This document shows, piece by piece, positions 10,125 through 20,282 of a DNA stretch of 64,000 bases (positions are counted from its first letter, which is position 1; every line of letters starts with the position of its first letter). A program made the position numbers and the translations under genes. The notes beneath the pieces are model-generated. The model was given only the letters and a program-made list of their open reading frames with translations. It did not search any database and was not told the DNA's origin. The stretch is from assembly GCA_963714975.1 (NCBI GenBank), contig CAVQQD010000002.1, positions 32,001 to 96,000 of the forward strand. The letters are read 5' to 3'. This stretch comes from an uncultured Gammaproteobacteria bacterium. GTDB taxonomy: Bacteria; Pseudomonadota; Gammaproteobacteria; JAURND01.

Positions 10125-12506
10125 TTATTCTTCCCACATATTTTTTGTAAAAACATAGCACCTAGATCGACCTATAGTAGGCAAATACTCCCGACGATAA
10201 GGTTTGCCTTGCTGATCAGGTTCGATCCATCTTTCTGCCATTAAGCAATGACTGACACTCCGATAATCCAAACCCATGCAAATTTCTTGGCGAAAAATTT
10301 CAGGGAACACATAAAATTTTAGGGTACCTTCTTGAATTTTTTTGAATCCTGCTCGATTAATCGTATGTGAATTTTCTGCTTCCCAATGACTAAAGCGTGA
10401 TTCCCCATGCGCCTCAAAAAACGCTTTGACTTGGGCTAAAATATGCATTCTTTCTTGATTACCATGCCCACCGCGGTGTGCTAACCACGCCTTAAAGCAG
10501 GTACTGGCTGCTAGGTTAGATTCACCGGATGACCAGCCTGTGATACCAAAATCAGTCGCTAATTCTCCGGCTGCGGCAATTAAACCAAAGCGTTCACACA
10601 CTCGAAATACTTGTCCACTACTATTAGGGGGTAAATTTTTATTGAGAAATTGATCAATGAGGATTTTGATTGTTTGGGGCAAAAGTAGGAAGTAATTGGC
10701 TACCGTAATTTTTTGTAAAAAAGCAATGGCTGCTGTGCCATAGTATTGGGCACTGCCCTGAATTAAAGCTTTACTCAGCTTGACGGCTGAAGTAAAGCCA
10801 TGTAATTCTTCAAAAATTCCCATACAATGCTCTGTATCGCTCGGGATATCCACAAGTCGCACTTCTTGGCCCGCTTTAATTTTTTTACCTACCTCTAACA
10901 TATGTTGTGCCAGTCCTACTTCGCCCGCTGATAAAAATAATAATCGCCATTCATGTCGGCTACGTGCAGCTCCATTTTTATCTGCTCTTGTTTTGCCACT
11001 ACCATTGGCTAACATATAAGCGATTTCCCCTGCTTCCCTGGCATCTACTTGGGCTAATTCATCTAAAATCAAAAGGGTATCGGAACGGAGTGCAGCTAGT
11101 GCTTCTATGCCATTCGTAGTGCCACGCCAACGGTTAACATAATTGCTCCCTCCAAATACAGAGGCAGCTACTTTTAATGCCGTGGTTTTGCCACTGCTGG
11201 ATTCACCCACAAAGTGAATACCGCCTGATTCCATATTGGCTGGATACAACAGCATGGCGGCAAAAGCGCAGGAAAGAGCTAATACGAGACGTGAATTACT
11301 GACGCAAAGCGCTGCAACATGCTGTTGCCAATTTTCCAAACTGCCGTTTTGTTGGTAATCTTTGGGTTGTGTTTCTGCTTGATAAATTAAGCGTTCAATA
11401 GATGAGCCAAAAGTCTGCTGGGGTAAGACAAAAAAATTATCATACCATCCCGTACGACTGACACAGCGTGCACGTTGTGTAGGTTTGCTGGTCATGATAT
11501 AAGCGAGTAATAAATTGCGTGCTTTATTACCAGCAGCAATATCCAAGCCTAAACGCAATAATTCACCACGAACTTCTTCGCCGCTGCCTTTGAGCATTTC
11601 CATCGGCATTGCCCAAGTGTGTAAATGCTTATCACTATCATAAAACTCTAACAGTCTACCCCAATTTTCAGAGGCTTTGTCACGTAGTAGAGCTTTAATT
11701 TCCAATTGTGAACATATCCACAACACTTCTTCTTCTCTTAAATAAAAAACTCCTTTTTCATTGGCTTTAAAACAACCGGCATCGGCATTAAAATACGATC
11801 CTTTCACTTCTACGTTTTTAGATAAATTAGAGGGAGAACTCGATTGCCCCTGGGATGATGCCGGTTTGATCAGTGGTAATGCCACGATATCTTGTGTTGT
11901 GGCATCTGGATTTTGCTCCAACCAATTAATACAATCTCCTTTGACCGGCAAATTTAATAGTGCCACATTAATCCATTGGGTTTCGCAATGGTAGGAAGCT
12001 AATTTTGTAGTCACATGAGTTGCATAATTCAACCCCGCTTCATCGTTATCAGGCCAGATAATGACTTGACGCTTAGCAAGTGGCCCCCAATCGGTAGTTT
12101 CAACACTATCCACGCCTCCAGATGTGGTGGCGGTTATACCCAATTTTCGTAAATAGTCAACACACAACTCACCTTCAACCAGCCAAACTGTAGCTGAAAT
12201 ATTCTGAGATAATGTGGGCAGTTGATACAGTGGTTTTCCTTGGATGAAGTGTGGTTCTTTGAGAAAAAAACGTCCTGATGAATCGCAAGATAAGGGGCGA
12301 ATCCATTTTTTACCGGTCACAGGATGCTTTAAACGAATCCGCCAATAAAGAGGTTGGCCTTCCTCATCTTGATAAACATGGAGGGCTTGTTTTTTAAACC
12401 CTTGCGCTAGCATTTTTTGAGTAAAACGTTGTGCAGCACTTTGTTCTGGCGCAATTTTTTGGGTAGGATGCTTGGTGTGAGCAGCTAATGTTGCTGTAGT
12501 TATCAT
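10125..12506 (-). CDS. TOPRIM plus DUF927 helicase (satellite/plasmid primase-helicase)
   Basis: WLVEGE..D and IIWPDNDEAG (TOPRIM); GESSSGKTT Walker A, LDEL Walker B, GQEVRLVDIP, RAGF. Confidence 0.9.
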   Translation of the reverse strand: MITTATLAAHTKHPTQKIAPEQSAAQRFTQKMLAQGFKKQALHVYQDEEGQPLYWRIRLKHPVTGKKWIRPLSCDSSGRFFLKEPHFIQGKPLYQLPTLSQNISATVWLVEGELCVDYLRKLGITATTSGGVDSVETTDWGPLAKRQVIIWPDNDEAGLNYATHVTTKLASYHCETQWINVALLNLPVKGDCINWLEQNPDATTQDIVALPLIKPASSQGQSSSPSNLSKNVEVKGSYFNADAGCFKANEKGVFYLREEEVLWICSQLEIKALLRDKASENWGRLLEFYDSDKHLHTWAMPMEMLKGSGEEVRGELLRLGLDIAAGNKARNLLLAYIMTSKPTQRARCVSRTGWYDNFFVLPQQTFGSSIERLIYQAETQPKDYQQNGSLENWQQHVAALCVSNSRLVLALSCAFAAMLLYPANMESGGIHFVGESSSGKTTALKVAASVFGGSNYVNRWRGTTNGIEALAALRSDTLLILDELAQVDAREAGEIAYMLANGSGKTRADKNGAARSRHEWRLLFLSAGEVGLAQHMLEVGKKIKAGQEVRLVDIPSDTEHCMGIFEELHGFTSAVKLSKALIQGSAQYYGTAAIAFLQKITVANYFLLLPQTIKILIDQFLNKNLPPNSSGQVFRVCERFGLIAAAGELATDFGITGWSSGESNLAASTCFKAWLAHRGGHGNQERMHILAQVKAFFEAHGESRFSHWEAENSHTINRAGFKKIQEGTLKFYVFPEIFRQEICMGLDYRSVSHCLMAERWIEPDQQGKPYRREYLPTIGRSRCYVFTKNMWEE

Positions 12507-12871
12507 GGCTGGAGCTGGCCTCCATTTTTATTTCCTAAGGCTTCTACCGCTTCGCGGAAAGATTGATGGTAATGCTGACATTGAAAGGCAATAATATTAC
12601 CGCCGCGAGCACCACAAGAAAAACAACGAAAAGCGCCCGTTACTACATTGAGGCGTAAACTAGGAGTTTTGTCCTCATGAAAGCAGCAATTCACGCTAAC
12701 CCAATCCTTATTTACTTGTTTTAAATTAGGGAATTCTTGCTGATAATAGACTCTGGGCTCAGGAAACAAGCCAGTATAAAAAATAAAAGTATTCAATTTA
12801 TGATAGTAATTACGCATAAGTTGATCCTCAGATAGATTGTTGAGTGATGGTACGTTGTTTGATGAAAGCAT
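12503..12871 (-). CDS. CHC2 zinc-finger (primase zinc-binding) protein
   Basis: CCFHEDKTPSL..FRCFSCGARGG. Confidence 0.85.
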   Translation of the reverse strand: MLSSNNVPSLNNLSEDQLMRNYYHKLNTFIFYTGLFPEPRVYYQQEFPNLKQVNKDWVSVNCCFHEDKTPSLRLNVVTGAFRCFSCGARGGNIIAFQCQHYHQSFREAVEALGNKNGGQLQP

Positions 12872-13073
12872 CTAAATCAGCTTGTCTATATTTAGCGAGT
12901 CGTCCCATTTTGACATAAGGTAATCCATAGCGTTTTTCACAAGCCCAAACAGCCAGTGTGCTTTCAGTGACGCCAAGATATAAGGCGGCTTCTTTGCGGG
13001 TTAATAAATTGGTGGATGTTTTACTTTCCGTTGAAAAAAGATTTGCAAAAGTAGTTTGATTCGACATAGTCAT
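12828..13073 (-). CDS. Excisionase-like helix-turn-helix protein
   Basis: LLTRKEAALYLGVTESTLAVW..LPYVKMGRLAKYRQADLDAFI. Confidence 0.85.
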   Translation of the reverse strand: MTMSNQTTFANLFSTESKTSTNLLTRKEAALYLGVTESTLAVWACEKRYGLPYVKMGRLAKYRQADLDAFIKQRTITQQSI

Positions 13074-13330
13074 ACCTCGTGAATAGTGATGAAAGGAGGT
13101 CGAATATTAAACGAGTAAAATAAGCTGGATAATGGTTGATGTTTTTTCATTTTTATTACCAGAAATAAAAATGAACCATTTTATTCCGGTAATAAATTTT
13201 ATTTTTTTCTTTCCAGGTGGACGCAAACAGCTGAGGGTGTTTATAGAAGAATAAAAAAGTGAAGTAAAGGTATTTAGTACATTGAGTTAATGGGTTAGTG
13301 TTAGGAAGTTTGAAGATTTTAATTAATTTT

Positions 13331-14233
13331 TTAAGGTATAATTATCCTATATTTTGTTTGTATTTGATTCATATTTTCAAGGTAGGAATCCAAATCTAAG
13401 GATTTTCCTTTTTCATGCTTTAATTGGGCAACCATTGCATAGAGACAAGAATTATTCATTACTATTCTAGCCGTACTTTCTGTTGTTTTGCGAACTCGAT
13501 CTACCTTATCACCTTGTATGCGACTGGGAAATAAAGTATCACCCATCATCCAATGTGGAATTTGGACTTTAGTTAACCTTGCCCAAGACATGAGATCGAG
13601 ATAGGGTAAGACTTGATTGACAGCCCACCGACTTAAAACAGTCTTAGAAATGTGGCGCACCTTGGATTTGCTGCGCTTTGTTTTTAACCATTGTTTAAAC
13701 GCCGCAATTAAAGTGACATCTGGCGCAGCCAAATCTATACTCGCTAATCCACCGACTAGAAAAGGAGGCATGGGTGCGCATAATGGGGTTTGGCTATCTA
13801 TAACGCCTTTTTCTTCCTGATGGTTCAGCCAATTGATTAAGTTGATATCGGAATTTTCATCGGAATTTTTTCGGAAAAAAATATTAAATAGAGAAGGGGA
13901 ATTCCATACGTTTGAGGGAATATCTAGAAGAACTTTTACTAATTCTGTCACAGTCAAAGCTTCTCGCTTAGTCATATCTTGTACAGGCGCTACAGTAAGG
14001 GTTGATTTTTTCTCTGGAATCCTATAGTCGTCCACTACTCCGGTGAATACCCACGGGAGATAAAAATCCTGAGCTATCCGCCGTAAATGCAGTTGAACAA
14101 TCCAACCTTCTAAATCTAACTGATAGGCACTGCGATAGTTTTGTAAATCAAACCAATGGGGCAATGACTTAACGAAAGGGAAGTGATTTTTCTTTTTTTC
14201 GGTGGATAACGTAGGTGTTTTTGTTATGGTCAT
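13331..14233 (-). CDS. DUF6387-like satellite/prophage protein
   Basis: WFDLQNY, IDLAAPD..LIAAFKQWLK, W...QVLPYLDLMSW; lies directly downstream of an integrase remnant. Confidence 0.6.
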   Translation of the reverse strand: MTITKTPTLSTEKKKNHFPFVKSLPHWFDLQNYRSAYQLDLEGWIVQLHLRRIAQDFYLPWVFTGVVDDYRIPEKKSTLTVAPVQDMTKREALTVTELVKVLLDIPSNVWNSPSLFNIFFRKNSDENSDINLINWLNHQEEKGVIDSQTPLCAPMPPFLVGGLASIDLAAPDVTLIAAFKQWLKTKRSKSKVRHISKTVLSRWAVNQVLPYLDLMSWARLTKVQIPHWMMGDTLFPSRIQGDKVDRVRKTTESTARIVMNNSCLYAMVAQLKHEKGKSLDLDSYLENMNQIQTKYRIIIP

Positions 14234-14275
14234 GTCGACTTCCTTTGAATAACATCAGGTAATGAGGGTGGAATA

Positions 14276-14510
14276 TTACGAGGTTTCAGCCTCTTTTACC
14301 ATAGTGTCGAGGCTCTTGATACCGGCGGCTGTTAGCATCGCATTTGTGGCTTTATCGACAGAAGAACGAACAGGATCTAAATCAAGGCGTGCATAGATGG
14401 CTGTTGCTTGAGGTAATTTGTGATTTAAGGATTTACCGATGGCGACTCGTTCTTTTCTATGGTTTTAATCTCAGCTGCCTCTTTTTTAGGGTCGGCCAAA
14501 TGCCCACCGG
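14276..14510 (-). pseudogene. Tyrosine integrase remnant (catalytic Tyr end)
   Basis: IGKSLNHKLPQATAIYARLDLDPVRSSV to stop at 14276; upstream out-of-frame SGGHLADPKK; most of the gene is deleted. Confidence 0.75.
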
Positions 14511-14909
14511 AAGGACACGATATAAAATTGTGATTTTTCCTGCAGCTGGACAGTAATATACAATTATTGTGTTACTGATGCACGGTTGGGTATTCGTAAT
14601 CTAAATGCCCTTATTACAGTTATTTTCTCTGCAATTTTAAACGCATTTAAGTTTAACCGTTTCTCTGTTTGTTCAGCCAGTTGCCTGACCATAGCTTGTA
14701 AACAGGCATCGGTCAGATGTTGAAGAAAGGGGGGGGCAATCCATCAACGAAAATCCCTAAGTAGGTGATTCAAGCTCTCAGATGATCTTATGATGTTTTA
14801 TGAATGTTTACCAGGATTGACGAAGATAAATTACTTGGTTTAGTAGCGCCACGGTAGCACTGGGAAGATAATGTGTTAGCTTGAAACTCGTCTAACTCTT
14901 TGATTTAAC

Positions 14910-14985
14910 TGGTGGGCCGTCCGCGACTCGAACGCGGGACCAACGGATTAAAAGTCCGCTGCTCTACCAACTGAGCTAACGGCCC
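14910..14985 (-). tRNA. tRNA-Lys (TTT)
   Basis: Reverse complement GGGCCGTTAGCTCAGTTGGTAGAGCAGCGGACTTTTAATCCGTTGGTCCCGCGTTCGAGTCGCGGACGGCCCACCA; 76 nt with encoded CCA. Confidence 0.97.
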
Positions 14986-15063
14986 ATGCTTTGTAGTTGG
15001 CATGAAAGTTTAAAATGATACCGTTTTGTTGTGAAATAACAAGTAATTTATCTTGGAACGTTC

Positions 15064-15705
15064 TTACTTCCCAGGTAAGTTGCCCCAGATGTATTTATGA
15101 AGCTGTACTTGAAACCTGACGGGTAATCGGTCAGCAATTATCCAATCCGCTAGAGATTGGTTAGCTAATTCCTCATGGCTTGGGGAGAATAATACCTCGC
15201 AAAGTTGTGTTAAGCGATAGGTACTCATAAAATTTCGTGCCCATTCATAGTCTTTTCGATTACAAATCACAAATTTCACTGCATCTTGTGCTGATAGGTA
15301 GGGGATGTTTTCCAAGCAATTGCGGTGGACTTCTCCAGAGCCCGGGGTCTTAAAATCCACTATTTTAATCACTCGGGGGTCTACGGCAGAGATATCAAGT
15401 GCGCCACTGGTTTCCAATGAAACTGCGTAGCCTTGGTCACAGAGTGTTTGTAGCAATGATAAGCAGGCCTTTTGTGCTAAAGGTTCACCTCCGGTGACAG
15501 TGACGTAATGAGTTTGATAATGGCTAATTTGCTGCAGAATATCGTCTAAGCTCATAAATTGTCCCCCATGAAAAGCGTAGGCAGTATCGCAATAGCCACA
15601 GCGTAGGGGACATCCGGTTAAACGAATAAATGCCGTCAGGAGCCCGGTGGTACGAGTTTCGCCTTGCAGAGAAAGGAAGATTTCAGAAATGCGTAATTGG
15701 CTCAC
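15064..15705 (-). CDS. queE: 7-carboxy-7-deazaguanine synthase (radical SAM)
   Basis: EIFLSLQGE, CPLRCGYCDT, VTGGEP, QLHKYIW; follows cpoB. Confidence 0.93.
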   Translation of the reverse strand: MSQLRISEIFLSLQGETRTTGLLTAFIRLTGCPLRCGYCDTAYAFHGGQFMSLDDILQQISHYQTHYVTVTGGEPLAQKACLSLLQTLCDQGYAVSLETSGALDISAVDPRVIKIVDFKTPGSGEVHRNCLENIPYLSAQDAVKFVICNRKDYEWARNFMSTYRLTQLCEVLFSPSHEELANQSLADWIIADRLPVRFQVQLHKYIWGNLPGK

Positions 15706-15716
15706 AATTAAAAGGT

Positions 15717-16619
15717 CTACGTAGGCGCTTGAGTTTCTTTTAGTCGCTTTTGTGCTAATCGGGCTGCTGCAGAATTGGGGTAGCGAGTTACTATTTTTTG
15801 CAGTTCTTGTTGTGCTTGTGCGGGTTGCCCTGCCTCAGCGTGGATGATAGCAAGCTTGAGCATGACATCAGGGACTTTGCGATAACTGGGGAATTTTTGG
15901 ATTAAAGTGGTAAATTGCTCAGTCGCTAAATCATTTTTATGTTCATTGGCATAGAGCTCGCCTAACCAATAATGGGCATTAGGAGCATGAGTACCTTTGG
16001 GATAAGTTTTCAAAAAAGCTTGGAATGCGGCGAGTGCTTGGGCATTTTTTTTGTTGGCTAACAAATTGAAAGCGGCTTTATAGGCATTTTCTTCTGATCC
16101 GGCTGGCGCCACTTCTGAGGCTGCGGGGGCTTTTTGTGTGCTCGGTGCATTGCGTGTCACATTGGCTTCAGCTTGGGCAATTTTACTGGCTATCTCAGTC
16201 TCTGCGCTAGTTGGGGTTGGAGCATTGACTGCGGCTGCAGGAGGGTTAGCTGTGGATTGAGTTTTTGCTGCTTGTAAGGTCTGAATATCATGCCCTAGGA
16301 CTTCGATTTGACCAGTAATTTGCTGCAGCTGTTGCTGCAAGCTATCAATTTTTCCTGGCAAATTCATTTGCGTTAGGTTTGAGATTTGTTGCTCTAGTAA
16401 GCGCATACGCTCTTCTGCTGAGAGTGCTCGCCGAGGAGAAACAGTAGGGGATTGGTCTGAATCAGGATAGAGGGGTGAAGCAGCAGCGTTATTCATCTCT
16501 TGGTCTACTTGATTTAGGTCAATGACCGGTGCTGCTGCCCAAATTGGTTGAAGTATGCCCCCCACAATACCCAGCATGGAACAAAGAGTTAATTTGCACA
16601 GAGGGCGCATCATAATCAT
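15717..16619 (-). CDS. cpoB: Tol-Pal TPR protein CpoB/YbgF
   Basis: Signal peptide, coiled coil, TPRs (NAHYWLGE); downstream of pal. Confidence 0.9.
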   Translation of the reverse strand: MIMMRPLCKLTLCSMLGIVGGILQPIWAAAPVIDLNQVDQEMNNAAASPLYPDSDQSPTVSPRRALSAEERMRLLEQQISNLTQMNLPGKIDSLQQQLQQITGQIEVLGHDIQTLQAAKTQSTANPPAAAVNAPTPTSAETEIASKIAQAEANVTRNAPSTQKAPAASEVAPAGSEENAYKAAFNLLANKKNAQALAAFQAFLKTYPKGTHAPNAHYWLGELYANEHKNDLATEQFTTLIQKFPSYRKVPDVMLKLAIIHAEAGQPAQAQQELQKIVTRYPNSAAARLAQKRLKETQAPT

Positions 16620-16628
16620 AAGCTAGAC

Positions 16629-17144
16629 CTATTCTTGGACATCAACCCGACGGTTGCATTGATAGTCTTCTTCCGATTGACCATAGGCAATCGGTTTTTC
16701 TGCACCATTGCTTTCTGTTTGTATCTGGCTCGCGCCATTTTGTCGCAATATGGAAGCCACGGAATTAGCACGACGCCAGCCCAAGGCAACATTATATTCG
16801 CGACTACCGCGGTCGTCGGTATTACCGACTAACTTCACTTTTTGGTGAGTGGAAACTAAATTTTGCCCTAGGCTTTGTAGGCGACTTTGATCTTCCGCAT
16901 GTACCGTGCTTTGATCAAAAGCAAAAAACACGGCATTAGAATTAGTCGGTACATTGCAACTTGTTGCCGGCTGAAAGCCACCCTCGCCCCCTAAACCCTG
17001 GGCATAGGCGCCGCCATTAGCCCCCCCCGCGCCGCCATCTATCCCTGCAGCTCCTGCGCCGCGATGTTTAGTTGAAGAACAAGCGACTAATGCCAAACCA
17101 CATGCACTGATTGTTATTATTTTTATTAGCTGGACTGTTTTCAT
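16629..17144 (-). CDS. pal: Peptidoglycan-associated lipoprotein
   Basis: Lipobox LVAC; OmpA domain GNTDDRGSREYNVALGWRRA..NRRV. Confidence 0.95.
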   Translation of the reverse strand: MKTVQLIKIITISACGLALVACSSTKHRGAGAAGIDGGAGGANGGAYAQGLGGEGGFQPATSCNVPTNSNAVFFAFDQSTVHAEDQSRLQSLGQNLVSTHQKVKLVGNTDDRGSREYNVALGWRRANSVASILRQNGASQIQTESNGAEKPIAYGQSEEDYQCNRRVDVQE

Positions 17145-17162
17145 TGATTTCCTCTTGAGTGT

Positions 17163-18488
17163 TTAAGTAGAAAAAGGTGACCACGCAGGTTCTCTGACAT
17201 CCCCCTCGCGTGCCGGTAAAATTAACTTCACGCGTCCATCGGTTGACACCATGCCTAACACACCATGGCCTCCGGATTGTGTAGCATAAATTATCATCTT
17301 ACCATTGGGCGCTAAACTAGGTGATTGATCATTCCCTGATCGCGTTAAGACAGAATAGCGTCCGGAACTTAAGTCTTGAACCGCAATATTAAACTGATTA
17401 TTTCCTCCGTTCAATACCGCAAGAGCTTTGCCGTCGGGAGCAAGAGATGGGCTAGCGTTATAGTTGCCTTGGAAGGTGACACGCTGCACATTTCCAGAGG
17501 CGATGTTAACGCGGTAGACTTGTGGGCCACCACTACGGCTGGAAGTAAATACTAAGTAGCTGCCATCGCTTGACCAGGTAGGCTCAGTATCGATGGAATC
17601 GCCTTGTGTGAGCTGGGTGGTTTGTTTGGAATGTAAATCCATGATAAAAATTTTGGGATAACCGCTGCGGGTTAATACTAAAGCTAGCTTGCGTCCATCG
17701 GGCGACCAGGTAGGGGCGCTATTGAGCCCGGGGAAATTGCTGACAAGCTGTCGGCTTCCGGTTTGGATATGTTGCACATAGACCATGCCTCGTCCTTGTT
17801 CGAAAGAAACGTAGGCAATTTGCTTCCCGTCCGGTGACCAAGCGGGGGACATGATCGGCTCACGAGATTGCAACAAGGATTTCGGATTATAGCCATCCAT
17901 ATCAGCAACTTCTAAGGCATATTGAATGGAGCCACGACCCAGTTGTTGGGCCAAAACATAGGCGATACGCGTAGAAAACACACCTCGATCGCCTGTAAGT
18001 TTTTCATAAACTAAATCGCTGATGTGATGCGCTAAGGAGCGTAATTGCTGGCTATTGACGGTGAACGATTGGCTGAGTAGGACAGCATTTTTAGCAGCAG
18101 AAGAGGCAGCATAGGTGTCGAGTAATTGGAATTGTACTTGATAGCGACCACCGCCAACGGGTTGGACTTGCCCTACCACAATATTGTTCATGCGGTGTTT
18201 TTGCCAATAATTAAAATCTACCTGATCAACGCGATTGGGGGTTTGTTCCATGTCGGATTTATCCATCACACGAAATCTTCCACTGTTCTGGAGATCAGAC
18301 GTCACGACGCCCACGACATTATCAGGGGCGCGGTCTTGGCTGGGTTGACCCGCAAAAGGCACAATAGCAATGGGAATAGCGCCTTGCAGACCTTGAGTTA
18401 ATTCAAGATCGACTACAGCATGGCTAGGAGCAGTGGCGAACAGTAAAAGGAGCAAGCTGCGTTTAAGTTTTTTTATTGTTGTTATCAT
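17163..18488 (-). CDS. tolB: Tol-Pal beta-propeller protein
   Basis: PD40 repeats (SPAWSPDG); DLQNSGRF. Confidence 0.96.
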   Translation of the reverse strand: MITTIKKLKRSLLLLLFATAPSHAVVDLELTQGLQGAIPIAIVPFAGQPSQDRAPDNVVGVVTSDLQNSGRFRVMDKSDMEQTPNRVDQVDFNYWQKHRMNNIVVGQVQPVGGGRYQVQFQLLDTYAASSAAKNAVLLSQSFTVNSQQLRSLAHHISDLVYEKLTGDRGVFSTRIAYVLAQQLGRGSIQYALEVADMDGYNPKSLLQSREPIMSPAWSPDGKQIAYVSFEQGRGMVYVQHIQTGSRQLVSNFPGLNSAPTWSPDGRKLALVLTRSGYPKIFIMDLHSKQTTQLTQGDSIDTEPTWSSDGSYLVFTSSRSGGPQVYRVNIASGNVQRVTFQGNYNASPSLAPDGKALAVLNGGNNQFNIAVQDLSSGRYSVLTRSGNDQSPSLAPNGKMIIYATQSGGHGVLGMVSTDGRVKLILPAREGDVREPAWSPFST

Positions 18489-18754
18489 TGCGAAGTTCCT
18501 ATGTCGAAAGTTGAGGGTTTCATTGCAGGGTTACAACAGACTTGCTCTTCAAGCTCTGGTGGTCCGCCGCAGGAAATGCGAATAGCTATATTTAGTACTA
18601 GGAATCCCACCAGCCCTAGGACAATACCGCTGATGGTTAGTCTATTTATGATGATGGAATCAAGATTACTTTGGGGAGCTATTATCGCCAGCCCTAATCC
18701 AGCCAGACAAACCAGAGTTGAGGTCCCAGCGACTAGGTGTCTAATGGTTGCCAT
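18485..18754 (-). CDS. Small 2-TM hypothetical protein between tolA and tolB
   Basis: 89 aa, two hydrophobic helices, GGAG RBS, ATGA overlap with the tolB start; RLTISGIVL resembles the family at 20979-22226. Confidence 0.7.
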   Translation of the reverse strand: MATIRHLVAGTSTLVCLAGLGLAIIAPQSNLDSIIINRLTISGIVLGLVGFLVLNIAIRISCGGPPELEEQVCCNPAMKPSTFDIGTSQ

Positions 18755-18783
18755 AACGATCTCTCCGCAAAAAAGTTTAGATG

Positions 18784-18812
18784 ATTTTAGCTTTATAAAA
18801 ACGAATTTTCAA
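18784..18812 (-). promoter_or_regulatory. sigma70-type promoter TTGAAA-17-TAAAAT
   Basis: Read directly on the minus strand; same hexamers and spacing as 22269-22297. Confidence 0.55.
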
Positions 18813-18841
18813 TAATTTTCCTGCCCTGCTGCTGCCTTGAG

Positions 18842-19777
18842 TTAGTTTTGACCGGTTATTTGTTCTGGCTTTACAGTTAAACGCATTTCCCGAAATTGAG
18901 CAGCGAGTTCAGGGGCATCAGGTGTGGGAAGCGGGGAAGCTTTAAAAACTGCGCTGCGGGCTGAGTTATCGAGCCCAATATCACCGCTACTCCGCGAAAT
19001 TTGCACATTCAGCACTTTGCCGCCAGGCCCAACCTGGATCAATAAGGTGCAGGATAAGTCAGGATTAGCGCCCCCCGGGACGACCCAATGTTGACTAATG
19101 GCGTGTTCAATCAGCGCCTTGTATTTGTCAATTTCACTTTGTTGGTCCTTTGTTTTTGCAGCTTCTATTTCGGTTTTTTCAGCAGCAATTTGCGCTTCTA
19201 ACTCTTTTTCTTGCGCCAATTTAAGTTGTTTTGCTGCTGCTTTTCGATGCTCAGCTTTTTCTTCATTAATCGCTTTGGCTAATTCATCTTCAGTGGTCAG
19301 GGCTTTTTCTGGTTTGCTCGGTTTAGGTTTTGGAGGAGTGGGCTCTTGGTATATTGGGGTTGGAATTGGAGTGGGTTGGGGTGGCTGTGGTTTGGTTGCA
19401 ACCGCTGGTACTTTCTTTGCAGGTTCTATGGATTTTAATTCAGGCGCTTTAATCGGCTTTTTGGGCTCTGCGTGTTGTTGGCGCAACAAGGCTGATTGCG
19501 CCTGTTCAATTTTTTTTTCAGGAAATTTTTGTTCTGCCCGAGGTGGTTCTTTTGGTGGTTCCTGAACTTTTGGCGTTGCGGGTTTACTAGGGAGTGGATG
19601 GGCTGCTTTAGGGGATGGTGGGCTCACTGCCACCGCTTTAATAATAGCGACCTCAGGTTGTACGGGTAATTGCTGCAATTCTGAAGAAGATAGGCGCCAG
19701 AAAAGTAAAATGAATAATACGACATGTAAGCTAATCGCTAAAATAACTGGTGTTCGGTAGGATGATTTGTTTTGCAT
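18842..19777 (-). CDS. tolA: TolA
   Basis: N-terminal TM with SLHV motif, Pro/Lys/Ala-rich linker, C-terminal SSGD..LD.SA..AV.KASPLP; start at MQNK chosen. Confidence 0.9.
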   Translation of the reverse strand: MQNKSSYRTPVILAISLHVVLFILLFWRLSSSELQQLPVQPEVAIIKAVAVSPPSPKAAHPLPSKPATPKVQEPPKEPPRAEQKFPEKKIEQAQSALLRQQHAEPKKPIKAPELKSIEPAKKVPAVATKPQPPQPTPIPTPIYQEPTPPKPKPSKPEKALTTEDELAKAINEEKAEHRKAAAKQLKLAQEKELEAQIAAEKTEIEAAKTKDQQSEIDKYKALIEHAISQHWVVPGGANPDLSCTLLIQVGPGGKVLNVQISRSSGDIGLDNSARSAVFKASPLPTPDAPELAAQFREMRLTVKPEQITGQN

Positions 19778-19814
19778 ATTATTTCTCGAAATCCCTTCAA
19801 GCGGGAGAGGGGAT

Positions 19815-20282
19815 TTAGTTTGTGCTCTCACCAGAAAGCGGCAGAGGGGACTTGGTAATTAAACCTACACTAGGCGCTCCGGCCTGTTGTAGTAACACCA
19901 TGGCTTGCATCACTTTACCGTAATCCACATTTTGATCGCCTTTCACTAACACCGGGCGCGTTTTATTGTGTTGTTTATCCTGAGTTAAAGCAGCAGCGAC
20001 TTGTTCCATTAAGGGTTGCCCGGCAATCTCTTGTTCTGGGGTGCTCGAGATATTTAAATAATAATGTCCCGCAGCGTCGACGCTAACAATGATCGGTTCC
20101 TTTTCTTGTTGAGTAAGGGGTTGTGCGCTGGCTTGTGGTAGATCCACTTGCACGCCTTGCGATAACAGGGGAGCGGTAATCATAAAAATGACTAACAATA
20201 CCAGCATCACATCAATATAGGGAACGACATTAATTTCTGCCATCGGTGAGCGGCGTTTGTAGCGCGAGTTAGTTTTCATCAA
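19815..20282 (-). CDS. tolR: TolR
   Basis: AEINVVPYIDVMLVLLVIFMITAP. Confidence 0.96.
   Translation of the reverse strand: MMKTNSRYKRRSPMAEINVVPYIDVMLVLLVIFMITAPLLSQGVQVDLPQASAQPLTQQEKEPIIVSVDAAGHYYLNISSTPEQEIAGQPLMEQVAAALTQDKQHNKTRPVLVKGDQNVDYGKVMQAMVLLQQAGAPSVGLITKSPLPLSGESTN

Larger units (their letters stand above)
7935..14909 (-). mobile_element. Decayed phage-satellite/PICI-like island at the tRNA-Lys 3' end (left boundary uncertain)
   Basis: Order int remnant, DUF6387, HTH, CHC2, TOPRIM/DUF927, second int remnant, AT-rich cargo, all starting next to the tRNA 3' end; exact IHF consensus WATCAANNNNTTR at 14893-14905 (minus). Confidence 0.7.

Noticed and set aside
18501-18815. Plus-strand 104-aa ORF opposite the small tolA-tolB gene
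   Set aside because: The minus-strand ORF has an RBS, a promoter, an ATGA overlap with tolB and family similarity.
19098-19565. 155-aa plus-strand ORF and other antisense ORFs inside core genes (e.g. 59401-59820, 31332-31643)
   Set aside because: Shadow ORFs opposite well-supported genes, with no motifs or RBS.
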